Below are positions 8,571 through 17,780 of a DNA stretch of 32,000 nt, piece by piece. The DNA lies in the NCBI GenBank assembly GCA_041662745.1, contig JBAZRV010000007.1, forward strand, positions 2,028 through 34,027, given 5' to 3'. The notes under the pieces were generated by a model. It ran no database searches, was not told the DNA's origin, and saw only the letters and a program-made list of their open reading frames with translations. Origin of the DNA: Patescibacteria group bacterium. Lineage in GTDB: Bacteria > Patescibacteriota > Patescibacteriia > 2-01-FULL-39-33. Each line of letters starts with the position of its first letter. Positions within the stretch are counted from its first letter, which is position 1. The position numbers and the translations under genes are program-made.

Positions 8571-9419
8571 TTATTTTTTCTTCTTTCTGGACGGACGGCG
8601 ATTCAAAATTAATTTACCGGACGCCTTATTTTTCTTTCTGGTTTTAACACCCAAAGCCGGCTTGCCCCAAGGGGTCTTAGGATGCTTTAATCCGATCGGA
8701 TTAACGCCTTCACCGCCGCCATGAGGATGATCAACTGGGTTCATAACCTTGCCCCTAACTGTCGGCTTGATGCCCCGATGACGCATTCGCCCAGCCTTGC
8801 CCCAGCGAATATTTTTGAAATCAGGATTAGACACCGTGCCAATAACCGCTAAAGCCGTTTCCGGCACCAAACGGACTTCTCCGGAAGGCATCTTAAGTTG
8901 GGCAAAACCGCGATCAAACCCCATCAAATTAACACCGGTACCGGCACCGCGGGCCAACTGACCGCCGCGGCCAGGCAAAATTTCTACGTTATAAACAACG
9001 ACACCGGCGGGAATATGCTTAAGAGGCATGGCATTGCCCGATTTATATTCAATCTTGTTTTGCGAACTCAAAACACTTTCACCAACTTGCAAATTCTGAG
9101 GCGCCACAATATAACGTTTCTCGCCATCAGCGTAAGCCAATAAAGCAATGCGGGCGTTTCGTCCCGGATCGTATTCAATCGTTTTAACGATAGCGGGCAC
9201 ATCAAACTTATCGCGACGATAATCAATGACGCGGATCTTCTTGTTGGCCCCGCCGCCCTGATGGCGTACGGTGATTTTTCCCTGAGAATTACGGCCGGCC
9301 ATGCGTTTAGCTGAAATCAATAAAGACTTTTCCGGCTTAGTGGCGGTAATGTCTTGGCGGGTCAAAATAGAAGTTTGCCGACGCCCGGGAGTTGTTGGTT
9401 TGTAAATCTTGATGGACAT
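8571..9419 (-). CDS. rplB: 50S ribosomal protein L2
   Basis: 282 aa with the …MNPVDHPHGGGEG… hallmark. Confidence 0.97.
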   Translation of the reverse strand: MSIKIYKPTTPGRRQTSILTRQDITATKPEKSLLISAKRMAGRNSQGKITVRHQGGGANKKIRVIDYRRDKFDVPAIVKTIEYDPGRNARIALLAYADGEKRYIVAPQNLQVGESVLSSQNKIEYKSGNAMPLKHIPAGVVVYNVEILPGRGGQLARGAGTGVNLMGFDRGFAQLKMPSGEVRLVPETALAVIGTVSNPDFKNIRWGKAGRMRHRGIKPTVRGKVMNPVDHPHGGGEGVNPIGLKHPKTPWGKPALGVKTRKKNKASGKLILNRRPSRKKKK

Positions 9420-9424
9420 ATCTG

Positions 9425-9862
9425 TTATTTAATACCTTCGTAAACATTAATCGACTTGCCTTTGGGTAGGGTGATGATGGCTTTTTTCCAATTTTTACGT
9501 TTGCCAAACCGTTGGCCGAAACGGACAAACTTGCCGCGCACGTTTGAAACATTGACACTCAGCGGCTTCAAACCGTAACGGCTTTCTACCGCCTTCTTAA
9601 TTTCATTCTTAGTCGTCTTGGCATCAACCGCAAAAACATATTGATTGCTGGCTTCTCCGGAAGCGGTCTTTTCTGTCAATAAGGGAGCAATCAAAACACC
9701 GTAAACCGAGGCCTTGGCACTGTTTTTTTCAGTGCCGGTCTTAGCGATCTTTACCGTTTTGCCGGTCTTAGCGGTCCTGGCCTCGTCTTTGGCCTCAACA
9801 ACTTTTTCTACAGCGACCTTCGGCTCTTCTTCTTTGGTTGTTTTTTTATTAAATAAACCCAT
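9425..9862 (-). CDS. rplW: 50S ribosomal protein L23 with a K/E-rich N-terminal extension of about 45 aa
   Basis: Trimmed to the ATG at 9862 (MGLFNKKTTKEEE…). The longer ORF overlaps rplD. The uL23 core reads LIAPLLTEKT…YVFAVDAKTTKNEIKKAVE. Confidence 0.85.
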   Translation of the reverse strand: MGLFNKKTTKEEEPKVAVEKVVEAKDEARTAKTGKTVKIAKTGTEKNSAKASVYGVLIAPLLTEKTASGEASNQYVFAVDAKTTKNEIKKAVESRYGLKPLSVNVSNVRGKFVRFGQRFGKRKNWKKAIITLPKGKSINVYEGIK

Positions 9863-9866
9863 ATAC

Positions 9867-10595
9867 TTACTTGGTCTTAGCCTTGGCAGTCTTAGTCTTT
9901 TTGACCTTAGCGACCGCGACTGCGGACTTTTCTTTAGTTTTTTCTTTAACTTGTTTATAGACTTTATCAATTTCTTCCACCGACTTAATGCCAACCAATA
10001 AAGCGTCGGCCTTAAGCAAATCAACGCAATTCAGGCTCTTAGCGGAGATCGTCGCCACACCTTTAAGGTTTTTAGCGGCGCGAATCAGCTTATCATCTCC
10101 TTCGCTCATCACCAACAAGAACTTCTTACTCTCTTTCAATCCGGCAATCGCTTTCTTGATATTCTTAAACCAAACATTCAAATCTTTGGTTTTGCCGGCG
10201 GGATTTTCCAATTTATCAAAAATAAACAGATCTTTATTGGCGGCCTTATCGGATAAGCACATGGCCAGAGCGGCTTGTTTCATTTTTTTGTTCACTTTTT
10301 GAGTGAAGTTGCGATCATTCCTCGGACCGAAAGTTACGCCGCCGCCAACCCAAATCGGGGAACGGGTGGAACCGTGACGAGCACGGCCAGTGCCTTTTTG
10401 GCGCCAGGGTTTTTTACCGCCTCCACGCACCTCGGCCCGGGTCTTGGTATGAGCCAGCACTTCGCGGGAATTAGCTTCTTGAGCGATTACCACCTGATGG
10501 ACTACGGCCGGATTGACTTCACGGCCAAACAACCGAGCGGGCAGCTCGACATCTTTTATTTGTTCGCCTTGATAATTGTATACGGGAAATTTCAT
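9867..10595 (-). CDS. rplD: 50S ribosomal protein L4 with a K-rich C-terminal tail
   Basis: Trimmed to the ATG at 10595 (MKFPVYNYQGEQ…); the upstream TTG start is less likely. uL4 core: …RGGGKKPWRQKGTGRARHGS…. Confidence 0.9.
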   Translation of the reverse strand: MKFPVYNYQGEQIKDVELPARLFGREVNPAVVHQVVIAQEANSREVLAHTKTRAEVRGGGKKPWRQKGTGRARHGSTRSPIWVGGGVTFGPRNDRNFTQKVNKKMKQAALAMCLSDKAANKDLFIFDKLENPAGKTKDLNVWFKNIKKAIAGLKESKKFLLVMSEGDDKLIRAAKNLKGVATISAKSLNCVDLLKADALLVGIKSVEEIDKVYKQVKEKTKEKSAVAVAKVKKTKTAKAKTK

Positions 10596-10606
10596 ACTTA
10601 TATATG

Positions 10607-10634
10607 GCTTATGGCTTACGGCCAATAGCTTATT
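10607..10634 (-). repeat. heptamer array GCTTATG GCTTACG GCCAATA GCTTATT
   Basis: Abuts the rplC stop and ends 12 nt before the rplD start. Confidence 0.7.
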
Positions 10635-11470
10635 TATTCTTTTACTTCTTCAATTTTATTTTCTTCAATCGGCTTCAACTCAGCGACAGCCTCTTCCTTA
10701 GATTCAGCAACGACTTCTTCCCGAGGTTCCGCCTTAATCTCAGTATCCGCCTTAATCTCAGTAATTGAATCTTCGGCGCTTTTTTCTACCGGAACTTCTT
10801 TAGTAATTTCTTCGGGAATTTCTTTCACCGATTCTGGTTGTTTGATTATCATCTCGCCCGGACCGTAAATCATGATTAAACCATGGCGAGCTCCGGGAAC
10901 GGCGCCCTTAACATAAAGAATGTTTTTTTCCGGCTCAACGGCAATAATCTGAAGTCCGGACACGGTAACCTGTTCATCGCCCATATGTCCAGCCATTCTC
11001 TTGCCCTTAAACACACGTTGCACTCCGCCGGCACCGATAGAACCGGGCATTCTTTCTTGATCCTTATGGCCATGGGAAGAATTCTGGCCATGAAAACCAT
11101 GGCGTTTAACCACGCCTTGGAAACCCTTGCCCTTAGATTGGCCGGTCACGGTAACCGCATCGCCCTCGGCAAAAACTTCAACAGTAATAACATCGCCGCG
11201 TTTAACACCGGCAACCTCCTTATCGGTCAAACGGAATTCGCGGACGGTTTTAACCGGCGGCAAGTCTTTCAAATGACCGATTCTGGATTTACCCGGCTTT
11301 TTATCAACGCCAAAACCGACTTGGACGGCATTATAACCATCCTTACTATCGGCTGACTTGACCTGAGTAACGACATTGGGCAAAGCCAAAACCGCCGTTA
11401 CCGGGACAACCATACCGTCTTCCTTGTAGAGTTGGGTCATTTCTACTTTTTTTCCTAAAATGAATTTCAT
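10634..11470 (-). CDS. rplC: 50S ribosomal protein L3 with an acidic C-terminal extension of about 70 aa
   Basis: 278 aa with an uL3 core (…GKGFQGVVKRHGF…). The tail IKQPESVKEIPEEITKEVPVEKSAED…EENKIEEVKE is extra. Confidence 0.92.
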   Translation of the reverse strand: MKFILGKKVEMTQLYKEDGMVVPVTAVLALPNVVTQVKSADSKDGYNAVQVGFGVDKKPGKSRIGHLKDLPPVKTVREFRLTDKEVAGVKRGDVITVEVFAEGDAVTVTGQSKGKGFQGVVKRHGFHGQNSSHGHKDQERMPGSIGAGGVQRVFKGKRMAGHMGDEQVTVSGLQIIAVEPEKNILYVKGAVPGARHGLIMIYGPGEMIIKQPESVKEIPEEITKEVPVEKSAEDSITEIKADTEIKAEPREEVVAESKEEAVAELKPIEENKIEEVKE

Positions 11471-11732
11471 AATCTTTAAATCACATTTGCTATTTAAACA
11501 AAAAGTCCGGTTTTACCCGAACCTTAACTTTAACACGCAGCGCCCAATTCGTCCTTAAAAGGCAAAATCGGTTACAGTCGTCATTAAGTTGTGGTTTTAG
11601 GTAAAAACTCCTTTTTGCGGACTGCTCCCTACTCATGAAGGTTTTCCCCGCAGGTTGCTGCTTTAAACTGGGGATCTTTCTTCATTTTCTTTAGCGGCCG
11701 CTTGGGCCTAACTTCGCTTATGGCGAAGAGAC
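11471..11732 (-). other. 262-nt non-coding spacer between rpsJ and rplC with GC-rich stem-loops
   Basis: No ORF over 19 codons. Hairpins CTTCGC-CATAA-GCGAAG and CCCCAG…CTG(C)GGGG, the 10-nt palindrome AGCGGCCGCT, and AAAAA-GGAG-TTTTT. Confidence 0.5.
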
Positions 11733-12065
11733 TTACATTTTAATTTCAATATTCACGCCGGCTGGCAGATTCAATCCCATCAGAGCATCAACAACCTGGG
11801 CGGTCGGATCAATAATGTCAATCAAACGCTTATGCGTACGCATTTCAAACTGATCACGCGCGTTCTTGTGCACGAAAGTGGAACGGTTAACGGTATACTT
11901 GCGTTTTTCTGTGGGCAAGGGTACCGGACCGACAACTTTTACGCCAAAACGATGGCAACTCTCAATGATTTTTTTAGCGGAGTTATCAATAATTTTGTGA
12001 TCGTACGCTTTAAGTTTGATCCTGATTCTTTGGTGGGCTTTGCCCTCGGCTACTTTAGTGGTCAT
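11733..12065 (-). CDS. rpsJ: 30S ribosomal protein S10
   Basis: 110 aa, …[21 protein letters not shown]…[16 protein letters not shown]… is uS10. Confidence 0.96.
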   Translation of the reverse strand: MTTKVAEGKAHQRIRIKLKAYDHKIIDNSAKKIIESCHRFGVKVVGPVPLPTEKRKYTVNRSTFVHKNARDQFEMRTHKRLIDIIDPTAQVVDALMGLNLPAGVNIEIKM

Positions 12066-12192
12066 AGTTATGCTGGTCTTACCGTCCGGGTGGGTTAATT
12101 AATTTATAACGGACGCAATGACTAAGGTGAAATTTAATTTCACTGGCTCGGAGACGAACGAGACTGCTCATCTCCGAAGAGTAAAATAAAAT

Positions 12193-13377
12193 TTATTTGA
12201 CAATCTTGGTTACAACACCGGCGCCGACAGTATGGCCGCCTTCACGAATGGCGAATTTCATCTTTTCTTCCATGGCCACGGTCTTGCCCAATTTGACGAT
12301 GACGTTAACGGTGTCGCCAGGCATAACCATTTCTGTTCCGGCCGGCAAAGTTATTTCACCGGTTACATCAGTTGTTCTGACGTAGAACTGCGGTTTATAG
12401 CCATTGAAAAACGGCTTGTGGCGTCCGCCTTCTTCCTTGGACAGGATGTAGACTTCGGCTTCAAACTCGGAATGCGGAGTGATGGAACCTGGTTTGGCCA
12501 AAACTTGACCGCGTTCAACTTCTTCTTTCTTAGTGCCGCGCAAGAGGACACCGGCATTATCACCGGCTCTGCCCTCATCCAGGGATTTATTAAACATTTC
12601 GATGCCGGTAACGACGGTTTTCTTAGTATCGGCCAAACCGACAATTTCTACTTCTTCGTTAATTTTGATTATACCGCGTTCAATTCTGCCGGTAACGACG
12701 GTGCCGCGGCCTTCAATAGAGAAAACATCCTCAATCGGCATTAGGAAAGGCTGATCGGTGGCGCGTTGCGGCTCGGGGATGTAAGTGTCTAAAGCATTCA
12801 TTAATTCCATGATGCAATCGGCATCGGGACCGCTCGGATTCTCCAAAGCCTTCAAAGCAGAACCCTTGATAATCGGAGTGGTGTCGCCGGGATAGTTATA
12901 TTTGGTCAATAACTCACGGATTTCTCCTTCAACCAAATCAATCATTTCCGGATCGGCCTGATCAACTTTGTTAATGAAAACGACGATATGAGGTACGCCG
13001 ACTTGGTAAGCCAAAAGAATATGCTCTCTGGTCTGAGGCATGGGGCCGTCGGTAGCAGCCACGACCAAAATAGCTCCATCCATCTGGGCGGCGCCAGTAA
13101 TCATGTTCTTGATGTAATCAGCATGGCCTGGGCAATCCACGTGAGCGTAGTGGCGCTTTTCTGTTTCGTATTCTACGTGAGCGGTAGCAATAGTGATACC
13201 GCGAGCCTTCTCTTCGGGGGCGGCATCAATCTGATCGACTGATTTATGCTGGGCCGTAAAGCCGCGAGCAGCCAGGGTGGCCAAAATAGCCGCGGTCAAG
13301 GTAGTCTTGCCGTGGTCGACGTGACCAATGGTACCCACATTAACGTGGGGCTTGCTTCTGTTAAATGCTTCTGCCAT
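12193..13377 (-). CDS. tuf: elongation factor Tu
   Basis: Trimmed to the ATG at 13377 ([27 protein letters not shown]…). G1-G4 motifs are present and an AAGGA lies about 10 nt upstream. Confidence 0.97.
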   Translation of the reverse strand: MAEAFNRSKPHVNVGTIGHVDHGKTTLTAAILATLAARGFTAQHKSVDQIDAAPEEKARGITIATAHVEYETEKRHYAHVDCPGHADYIKNMITGAAQMDGAILVVAATDGPMPQTREHILLAYQVGVPHIVVFINKVDQADPEMIDLVEGEIRELLTKYNYPGDTTPIIKGSALKALENPSGPDADCIMELMNALDTYIPEPQRATDQPFLMPIEDVFSIEGRGTVVTGRIERGIIKINEEVEIVGLADTKKTVVTGIEMFNKSLDEGRAGDNAGVLLRGTKKEEVERGQVLAKPGSITPHSEFEAEVYILSKEEGGRHKPFFNGYKPQFYVRTTDVTGEITLPAGTEMVMPGDTVNVIVKLGKTVAMEEKMKFAIREGGHTVGAGVVTKIVK

Positions 13378-13476
13378 GTTATTTATCCTTTTTGAGTTCC
13401 TCGCCCTCAAATCCGGGGAGTTTTAGCCAGAACTCAATATTATTTAGTATTATTTATAATTTTTATTAGCTTGACT

Positions 13477-13504
13477 ATTATATCACAAAAACAAAAAAAA
13501 TCAA
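13477..13504 (-). promoter_or_regulatory. tuf promoter TTGATT-N16-TGaTATAAT
   Basis: -35 at 13504..13499, extended -10 at 13482..13477, about 95 nt upstream of the tuf ATG. Confidence 0.6.
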
Positions 13505-13549
13505 GAAGGAGCGGGATTATATTTTTTCCACAGTTACCGCACAGCCGAT

Positions 13550-13906
13550 TTAACCGTTTACCGGCTCAAAGTAGTACCGATCTTCATCTTGTATGTCTCG
13601 ATCATTTTGGCTAAATTCAGATAAAATCTCTTCATCAGGGACAACTCCGATATCTCTGGCAAAATTATACTGATCCACTGACAATTCCCTTAGCTCTTGA
13701 TTATCCTTCCAAATAGCGATATCACGATTTATTTTATCTAAAAGTTCATCTTCTGTCAAGCCCGAGACGCCAGATTTGCCTAAAATTAAATCTTCATAAT
13801 CAGCGACAGTCATAATAACATAGCCCGGTTCGCCGTGCTCATCCAAAACAATGGCCTTATCACCTGTTTTTTTGAGTAAATTTACTAATTTAGTAAGATT
13901 GGGCAT
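13550..13906 (-). CDS. hypothetical protein; N-terminus resembles the Phd/YefM antitoxin fold; acidic C-terminal half
   Basis: 118 aa. KAIVLDEHGEPGYVIMTVADYEDLI matches the usual Phd/YefM pattern of strand, turn, strand, then xxYExL. No toxin ORF is adjacent. Confidence 0.6.
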   Translation of the reverse strand: MPNLTKLVNLLKKTGDKAIVLDEHGEPGYVIMTVADYEDLILGKSGVSGLTEDELLDKINRDIAIWKDNQELRELSVDQYNFARDIGVVPDEEILSEFSQNDRDIQDEDRYYFEPVNG

Positions 13907-14062
13907 ATTAATTGCTGAGTTGATAAATTAGCGGCCAAATACTGATTAACCGCTTTAACTGGCAATAATTAGCGTTGATTTAATAATATTATAGCAAAAA
14001 CAGGACTTTGTAAAGTGGTAATGATTGAGCTGGCGGGTGTGGATAACTATTTATTAAAAACA

Positions 14063-14091
14063 TTGACAAAATCATAAGTATTTGATATAAT
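14063..14091 (+). promoter_or_regulatory. consensus sigma70-type promoter TTGACA-N17-TGaTATAAT
   Basis: TTGACA at 14063..14068, a 17-nt spacer, TATAAT at 14086..14091. It precedes a leader of about 110 nt and the 234-aa ORF. Confidence 0.7.
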
Positions 14092-14209
14092 ACGATGTTA
14101 ATCGTCCCTGTCGGGCGGTTGGCTGAGGCCGAAACCAAAATCGTTTATGTGGACGATGGCGGTTCTATCTGTTCCTTATTAAAGTCCCAAGGACAAGGAG
14201 TACCGGAGA

Positions 14210-14914
14210 ATGAAAGAGTATGGACCACGCCGTGTCTTACATGTTAGATTCATAAACGATGGCGAAGGAGATATAAAGGATTTCAACAACAATGGCTCCG
14301 TCCTACGCATCGCGGATGAAACCTTCCTGACGGCCATGAAAACCCTGGGCGAAAAACTTGGCCGAGCCGATCTGGACGCCCTGAGATGTGATGATGGTAG
14401 CGTATTGCTAACCGACCCGCCGTGTTTTGGCGGAACAATAAAAGTGGCGGAAAGATGCCTAACCGAAGCCGACATTTTTTTCCAGAAAATACCGCGCATT
14501 CCCAAGGCGGAAGAACTGTCGGAGTATATTGATAACATCAACGGTTGTCGGCATTTGTTCAAGCCGCTGCCGTTCGGGTACGGCTATCGGTACGACTACG
14601 CCTGTCTGGAAATCGGCGTACAACTGGGAACCGTCGAAACTATGGGGGCGCTAGCTACCATATACCGGGTCAGACGCTACCGCCAAGAGTTTGTTGGCGA
14701 TAAAAATCAAATCGTTGCGGGGGAAATAAAATACGGTCACCGCAACGCTCCGCGTGATTTGATTGATGTCTTCGGTTGTTGCCTCCTACTTTGTCAGGGC
14801 AACATAAAAAAAGCCCAACAAATGAGTGGGAGTTCTTACGTTAAGTGGGGAATTCATGACCTCACAAAAAAGGCTTTTAACATGATGCGCGAGGAGGCTG
14901 CCAAGACCGCCTAA
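14210..14914 (+). CDS. hypothetical cytoplasmic protein, 234 aa, Cys-rich, no family recognised
   Basis: Framed by a consensus promoter (14063..14091), an AAGGAG 9 nt before the ATG, and a strong terminator (14931..14966). No TM segment or signal peptide. Confidence 0.75.
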   Translation: MKEYGPRRVLHVRFINDGEGDIKDFNNNGSVLRIADETFLTAMKTLGEKLGRADLDALRCDDGSVLLTDPPCFGGTIKVAERCLTEADIFFQKIPRIPKAEELSEYIDNINGCRHLFKPLPFGYGYRYDYACLEIGVQLGTVETMGALATIYRVRRYRQEFVGDKNQIVAGEIKYGHRNAPRDLIDVFGCCLLLCQGNIKKAQQMSGSSYVKWGIHDLTKKAFNMMREEAAKTA

Positions 14915-14930
14915 TCGCCAAGTACAAAAT

Positions 14931-14966
14931 CCCCGCACTGCTGACGCAGGGCGGGGGTTCTTTTTT
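14931..14966. terminator. intrinsic terminator between the convergent 234-aa ORF and valS
   Basis: CCCCGCACTGC-TGAC-GCAGGGCGGGG (11 bp, one mismatch) followed by TTCTTTTTT on the plus strand. Confidence 0.75.
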
Positions 14967-14983
14967 ATTTGAAAAATGATAAG

Positions 14984-17692
14984 TTATAGGCCCTTAGCTT
15001 GACCGCGTAACTTCGCAAGCTTCTCTTCGGCAGCAGTCAATTTTTCTTTTTCTTTTTCCACTACCGCCTGAGGCGCATTTTTTACAAATTCCTCATTACC
15101 CATCTTGCCTTGCAAACCGCTTAAGTATTTTTCCGTCTCCGTAATTTCTTTAGCTAAACGCTCCTTTTCTGCTCCAATGTCAATCAGTCCGGTCAGGACT
15201 AAATAAATTTCCGCGCCCTCAATAACCTTGACAGCGGAATTTTCCGGCTTAGCGCCGGCGAAGCTAATCGTCAAATTCTCCAAACGCGCCAGGCGCTTGA
15301 TAATTTCCGCTTGAGATTCCAATAATTCCTTTTTATCGCTAATAATTATCACCTTAACCAGTTTGACCGGTTCAATTTTATTTTCCGCGCGCAGATTCCT
15401 AATTGCCGTAACTAATTCTTTGACAAGCCCAAAATCATTATTGCCTTCAATGCCGGATAAATGCGCGATCTCCTTGATCTTATCCCATAATTTTACTTCT
15501 CTGCCAACCGGCCATGGCTCCACCATCAACATCCTCCCCGCCGCCAGTTTGTCCCAGATCTCTTCAGTGACAAACGGCATATAAGGATGCCAAAGCTTCA
15601 GCAAGGTTTGCAGGGTATATAATAGTATTTCCTCTTTGTTGACTTTAGATTTTTGGCTTTCAATTTTATAAACTTCAAGATACCAATCGGCAAAATCGCT
15701 CCAAGTAAAATCATACAAAATCTCACTGGCCAAAGAGAATTCACAATTATCCAACTGTTTGGTGACTTCAGCGATTTTGACGCTTAGCCTGTCCAACAGC
15801 CAGTTATCGGCTAAGGTAATCGGTTCCGGCATTGTTTCCACTAACCTCGGATTTTCCACGACAGATAAGATATAGCGGGAAATATTCCAAAATTTATTAA
15901 CAAAGTTCCTGGCCGCTGCCACTTTTTCTTCATAAAACCTGGCATCGTTGCCGGCAGTCGTGCCTTTAATCAAGGATAAACGCAAGGCGTCAGTGCCGTA
16001 CTGATCAATTATTTCCAGCGGATCCAAACCATTGCCCAATGATTTGGAAAATTTGCGGCCGTCTTTGGCGCGCAGAATGCCGTGGATATAAACATTCTCA
16101 AACGGAATATCGTCCAGAGCGTAGGTGGTCATTAGTATCATTCTGGCCATCCAAAAAAACAAAATCTCATAGCCCATCTGCATCCAAGTGGTCGGATGAT
16201 ATTTTTTTAAATCAGCGGTTTGCTCCGGCCAACCTAAAGTGGAAAAAGTCCAAGCGCCCGAAGAAAACCAGGTATCCAAAGTATCCTCGTCCTGGCGCAC
16301 CTGACCGCTGCCGCATTTTTCGCATTTATCCACTGATTTATCGGAATAAAATATCTCGCCGCAATCGTCACAATACCAGATCGGAATGCGATGCCCCCAC
16401 CAAATCTGACGCGAAATGCACCAATCGCGCAGGTTATCAATCCAATACAAGTAAGTGTCGTGGAATCTTTCTGGCGTAATTTTAATAATTTTATTCTTAT
16501 CATGATTATGGCCGACGGTTACGGCTTCACGCATCAAATCCTTCAAGGTTTTGTTGCGGCCGGGAATCTGCTTTTTCACGTCCACAAACCATTGATCCAT
16601 GGGAAGCGCCTCAACTACATCGCCGAAACGATCCGATTTGCCCACATTATGTTCAACTTCCTCTTCTTTAATGTATAACTCATTGCTCTTCAGCCAAGCC
16701 ACGAATTTTTCCCGCGCTTCGTTAACGGTCAGGCCTTCGTAATCTTTGCCCGCGGCCGGAAGCATGCGGCCGTCACGGCCGATAACCGGAATAATGCCGA
16801 TATCTTTGTTTTGCTCATACATCTCAAAATCAATCTGGCTGTGCGCCGGCGTTACGCCGACCGCGCCCGTGCCGTAGTCAATGTCAACATTCTTATCGGC
16901 AATAATCGTAATCACCAGCGGCTTGGCCGCGCCCACATCCGCCGTAAATTTCTGGCCGATGTATTGCTTATACCTGTCATCTTTGGGACTAACCGCTACG
17001 GCCGTATCACCCAATTTTGTTTCCGGACGAGTCGTGGCGATAGCAATAGGAAAATCCTTGCTGTATTTAAAGGTATAGACCGTGGTCTTAACCGTTTCAT
17101 AAACTAACTCGTCATCGGAACAAGTGGATTGCCCTTTGACCGACCAATTGACTACGCGATAGCCGCGATAAATCAAGCCATCGGCGAACATCCTGCGAAA
17201 CAGTTCATTGACTGCCTTGGTGCGCGGTTCGTCAAAAGTATAAGCCAAGCGCGACCAATCGCAAGACGTGCCCATTTTTTTTATCTGAGACAGAATGACT
17301 GATTTTTTTTCCTCGGCATACTCACGGATTTTTTTCAATAATTCTTCGCGACCCAACTCCTGACGCGGATGCTTGATGCCTTGTTTCTTGAGTTCATCCT
17401 CCACCCTGGCCTGAGTAGCCACGGCCGCATGATCGGTGCCGGGCACCAGTAACGCCCGCTTGCCCTTAAGCCGCTGATAGCGCAACTCAATATCCATAAT
17501 GGAATTCTCCAAGGCATGCCCCAAATGCAGGACGCCGGTAACATTGGGCGGCGGCATGGAAACGACAAACTTTTCCGGCCGATTGCCGGGCAGATTGTCG
17601 GGATTAAAATAACCGGACTCCTCCCATTTGCGGTAGATTCCGTCTTCGACCGATTTGGCGTCATACGCCTTGTCCAATTCGATTTTTAGCAT
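14984..17692 (-). CDS. valS: valyl-tRNA synthetase
   Basis: 902 aa. HIGH-type PPPNVTGVLHLGHA, KMSKS-type KFSKSLGN, editing domain, C-terminal coiled coil. Confidence 0.96.
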   Translation of the reverse strand: MLKIELDKAYDAKSVEDGIYRKWEESGYFNPDNLPGNRPEKFVVSMPPPNVTGVLHLGHALENSIMDIELRYQRLKGKRALLVPGTDHAAVATQARVEDELKKQGIKHPRQELGREELLKKIREYAEEKKSVILSQIKKMGTSCDWSRLAYTFDEPRTKAVNELFRRMFADGLIYRGYRVVNWSVKGQSTCSDDELVYETVKTTVYTFKYSKDFPIAIATTRPETKLGDTAVAVSPKDDRYKQYIGQKFTADVGAAKPLVITIIADKNVDIDYGTGAVGVTPAHSQIDFEMYEQNKDIGIIPVIGRDGRMLPAAGKDYEGLTVNEAREKFVAWLKSNELYIKEEEVEHNVGKSDRFGDVVEALPMDQWFVDVKKQIPGRNKTLKDLMREAVTVGHNHDKNKIIKITPERFHDTYLYWIDNLRDWCISRQIWWGHRIPIWYCDDCGEIFYSDKSVDKCEKCGSGQVRQDEDTLDTWFSSGAWTFSTLGWPEQTADLKKYHPTTWMQMGYEILFFWMARMILMTTYALDDIPFENVYIHGILRAKDGRKFSKSLGNGLDPLEIIDQYGTDALRLSLIKGTTAGNDARFYEEKVAAARNFVNKFWNISRYILSVVENPRLVETMPEPITLADNWLLDRLSVKIAEVTKQLDNCEFSLASEILYDFTWSDFADWYLEVYKIESQKSKVNKEEILLYTLQTLLKLWHPYMPFVTEEIWDKLAAGRMLMVEPWPVGREVKLWDKIKEIAHLSGIEGNNDFGLVKELVTAIRNLRAENKIEPVKLVKVIIISDKKELLESQAEIIKRLARLENLTISFAGAKPENSAVKVIEGAEIYLVLTGLIDIGAEKERLAKEITETEKYLSGLQGKMGNEEFVKNAPQAVVEKEKEKLTAAEEKLAKLRGQAKGL

Positions 17693-17751
17693 ACAGGTAA
17701 TGCTTTAATCCTACTAAAATATGCCATTTTTTTCAAGTTTTTTACTTATCC

Positions 17752-17780
17752 TTGACAAATCCCGAGGGGTTTGATACCAT
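17752..17780 (+). promoter_or_regulatory. promoter TTGACA-N17-TGaTACCAT for the 101-aa ORF
   Basis: Hexamers and spacing read directly. Confidence 0.5.

Noticed and set aside
11694-11701. GCGGCCGC (NotI) within the 10-nt palindrome AGCGGCCGCT
   Set aside because: It is a single occurrence and is most simply part of a local stem. Nothing points to a restriction-modification or recombination site.
11471-11732. tRNA, SRP RNA, 6S RNA or tmRNA in the rpsJ-rplC gap
   Set aside because: GGTTCGGGT looks like a T-loop but has no complementary T-stem or acceptor stem. The ends of the region do not pair as in 6S. No SRP helix-8 motif or tmRNA tag frame is present. It remains an unassigned candidate.
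14098-14209. Fluoride-riboswitch-like string GGACGAUGGCGGUUC in the leader
   Set aside because: The remainder of the crcB motif (pseudoknot partner and the conserved CUGAUGAU-type segment) is absent.
14095-14247. 50-codon upstream ORF (MLIVPVGRLAEAETKIVYVDDGGSICSLL…) overlapping the start of the 234-aa gene
   Set aside because: Its ATG lies only 3 nt after the -10 hexamer, so it is probably upstream of the transcription start. It has no SD site. I treated the region as leader RNA, though a leaderless micro-ORF cannot be fully excluded.
14179-14562. 127-aa minus-strand ORF overlapping the 234-aa plus-strand ORF
   Set aside because: The plus-strand ORF is longer and has a consensus promoter, an SD site and a terminator. 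The minus ORF has none of these.
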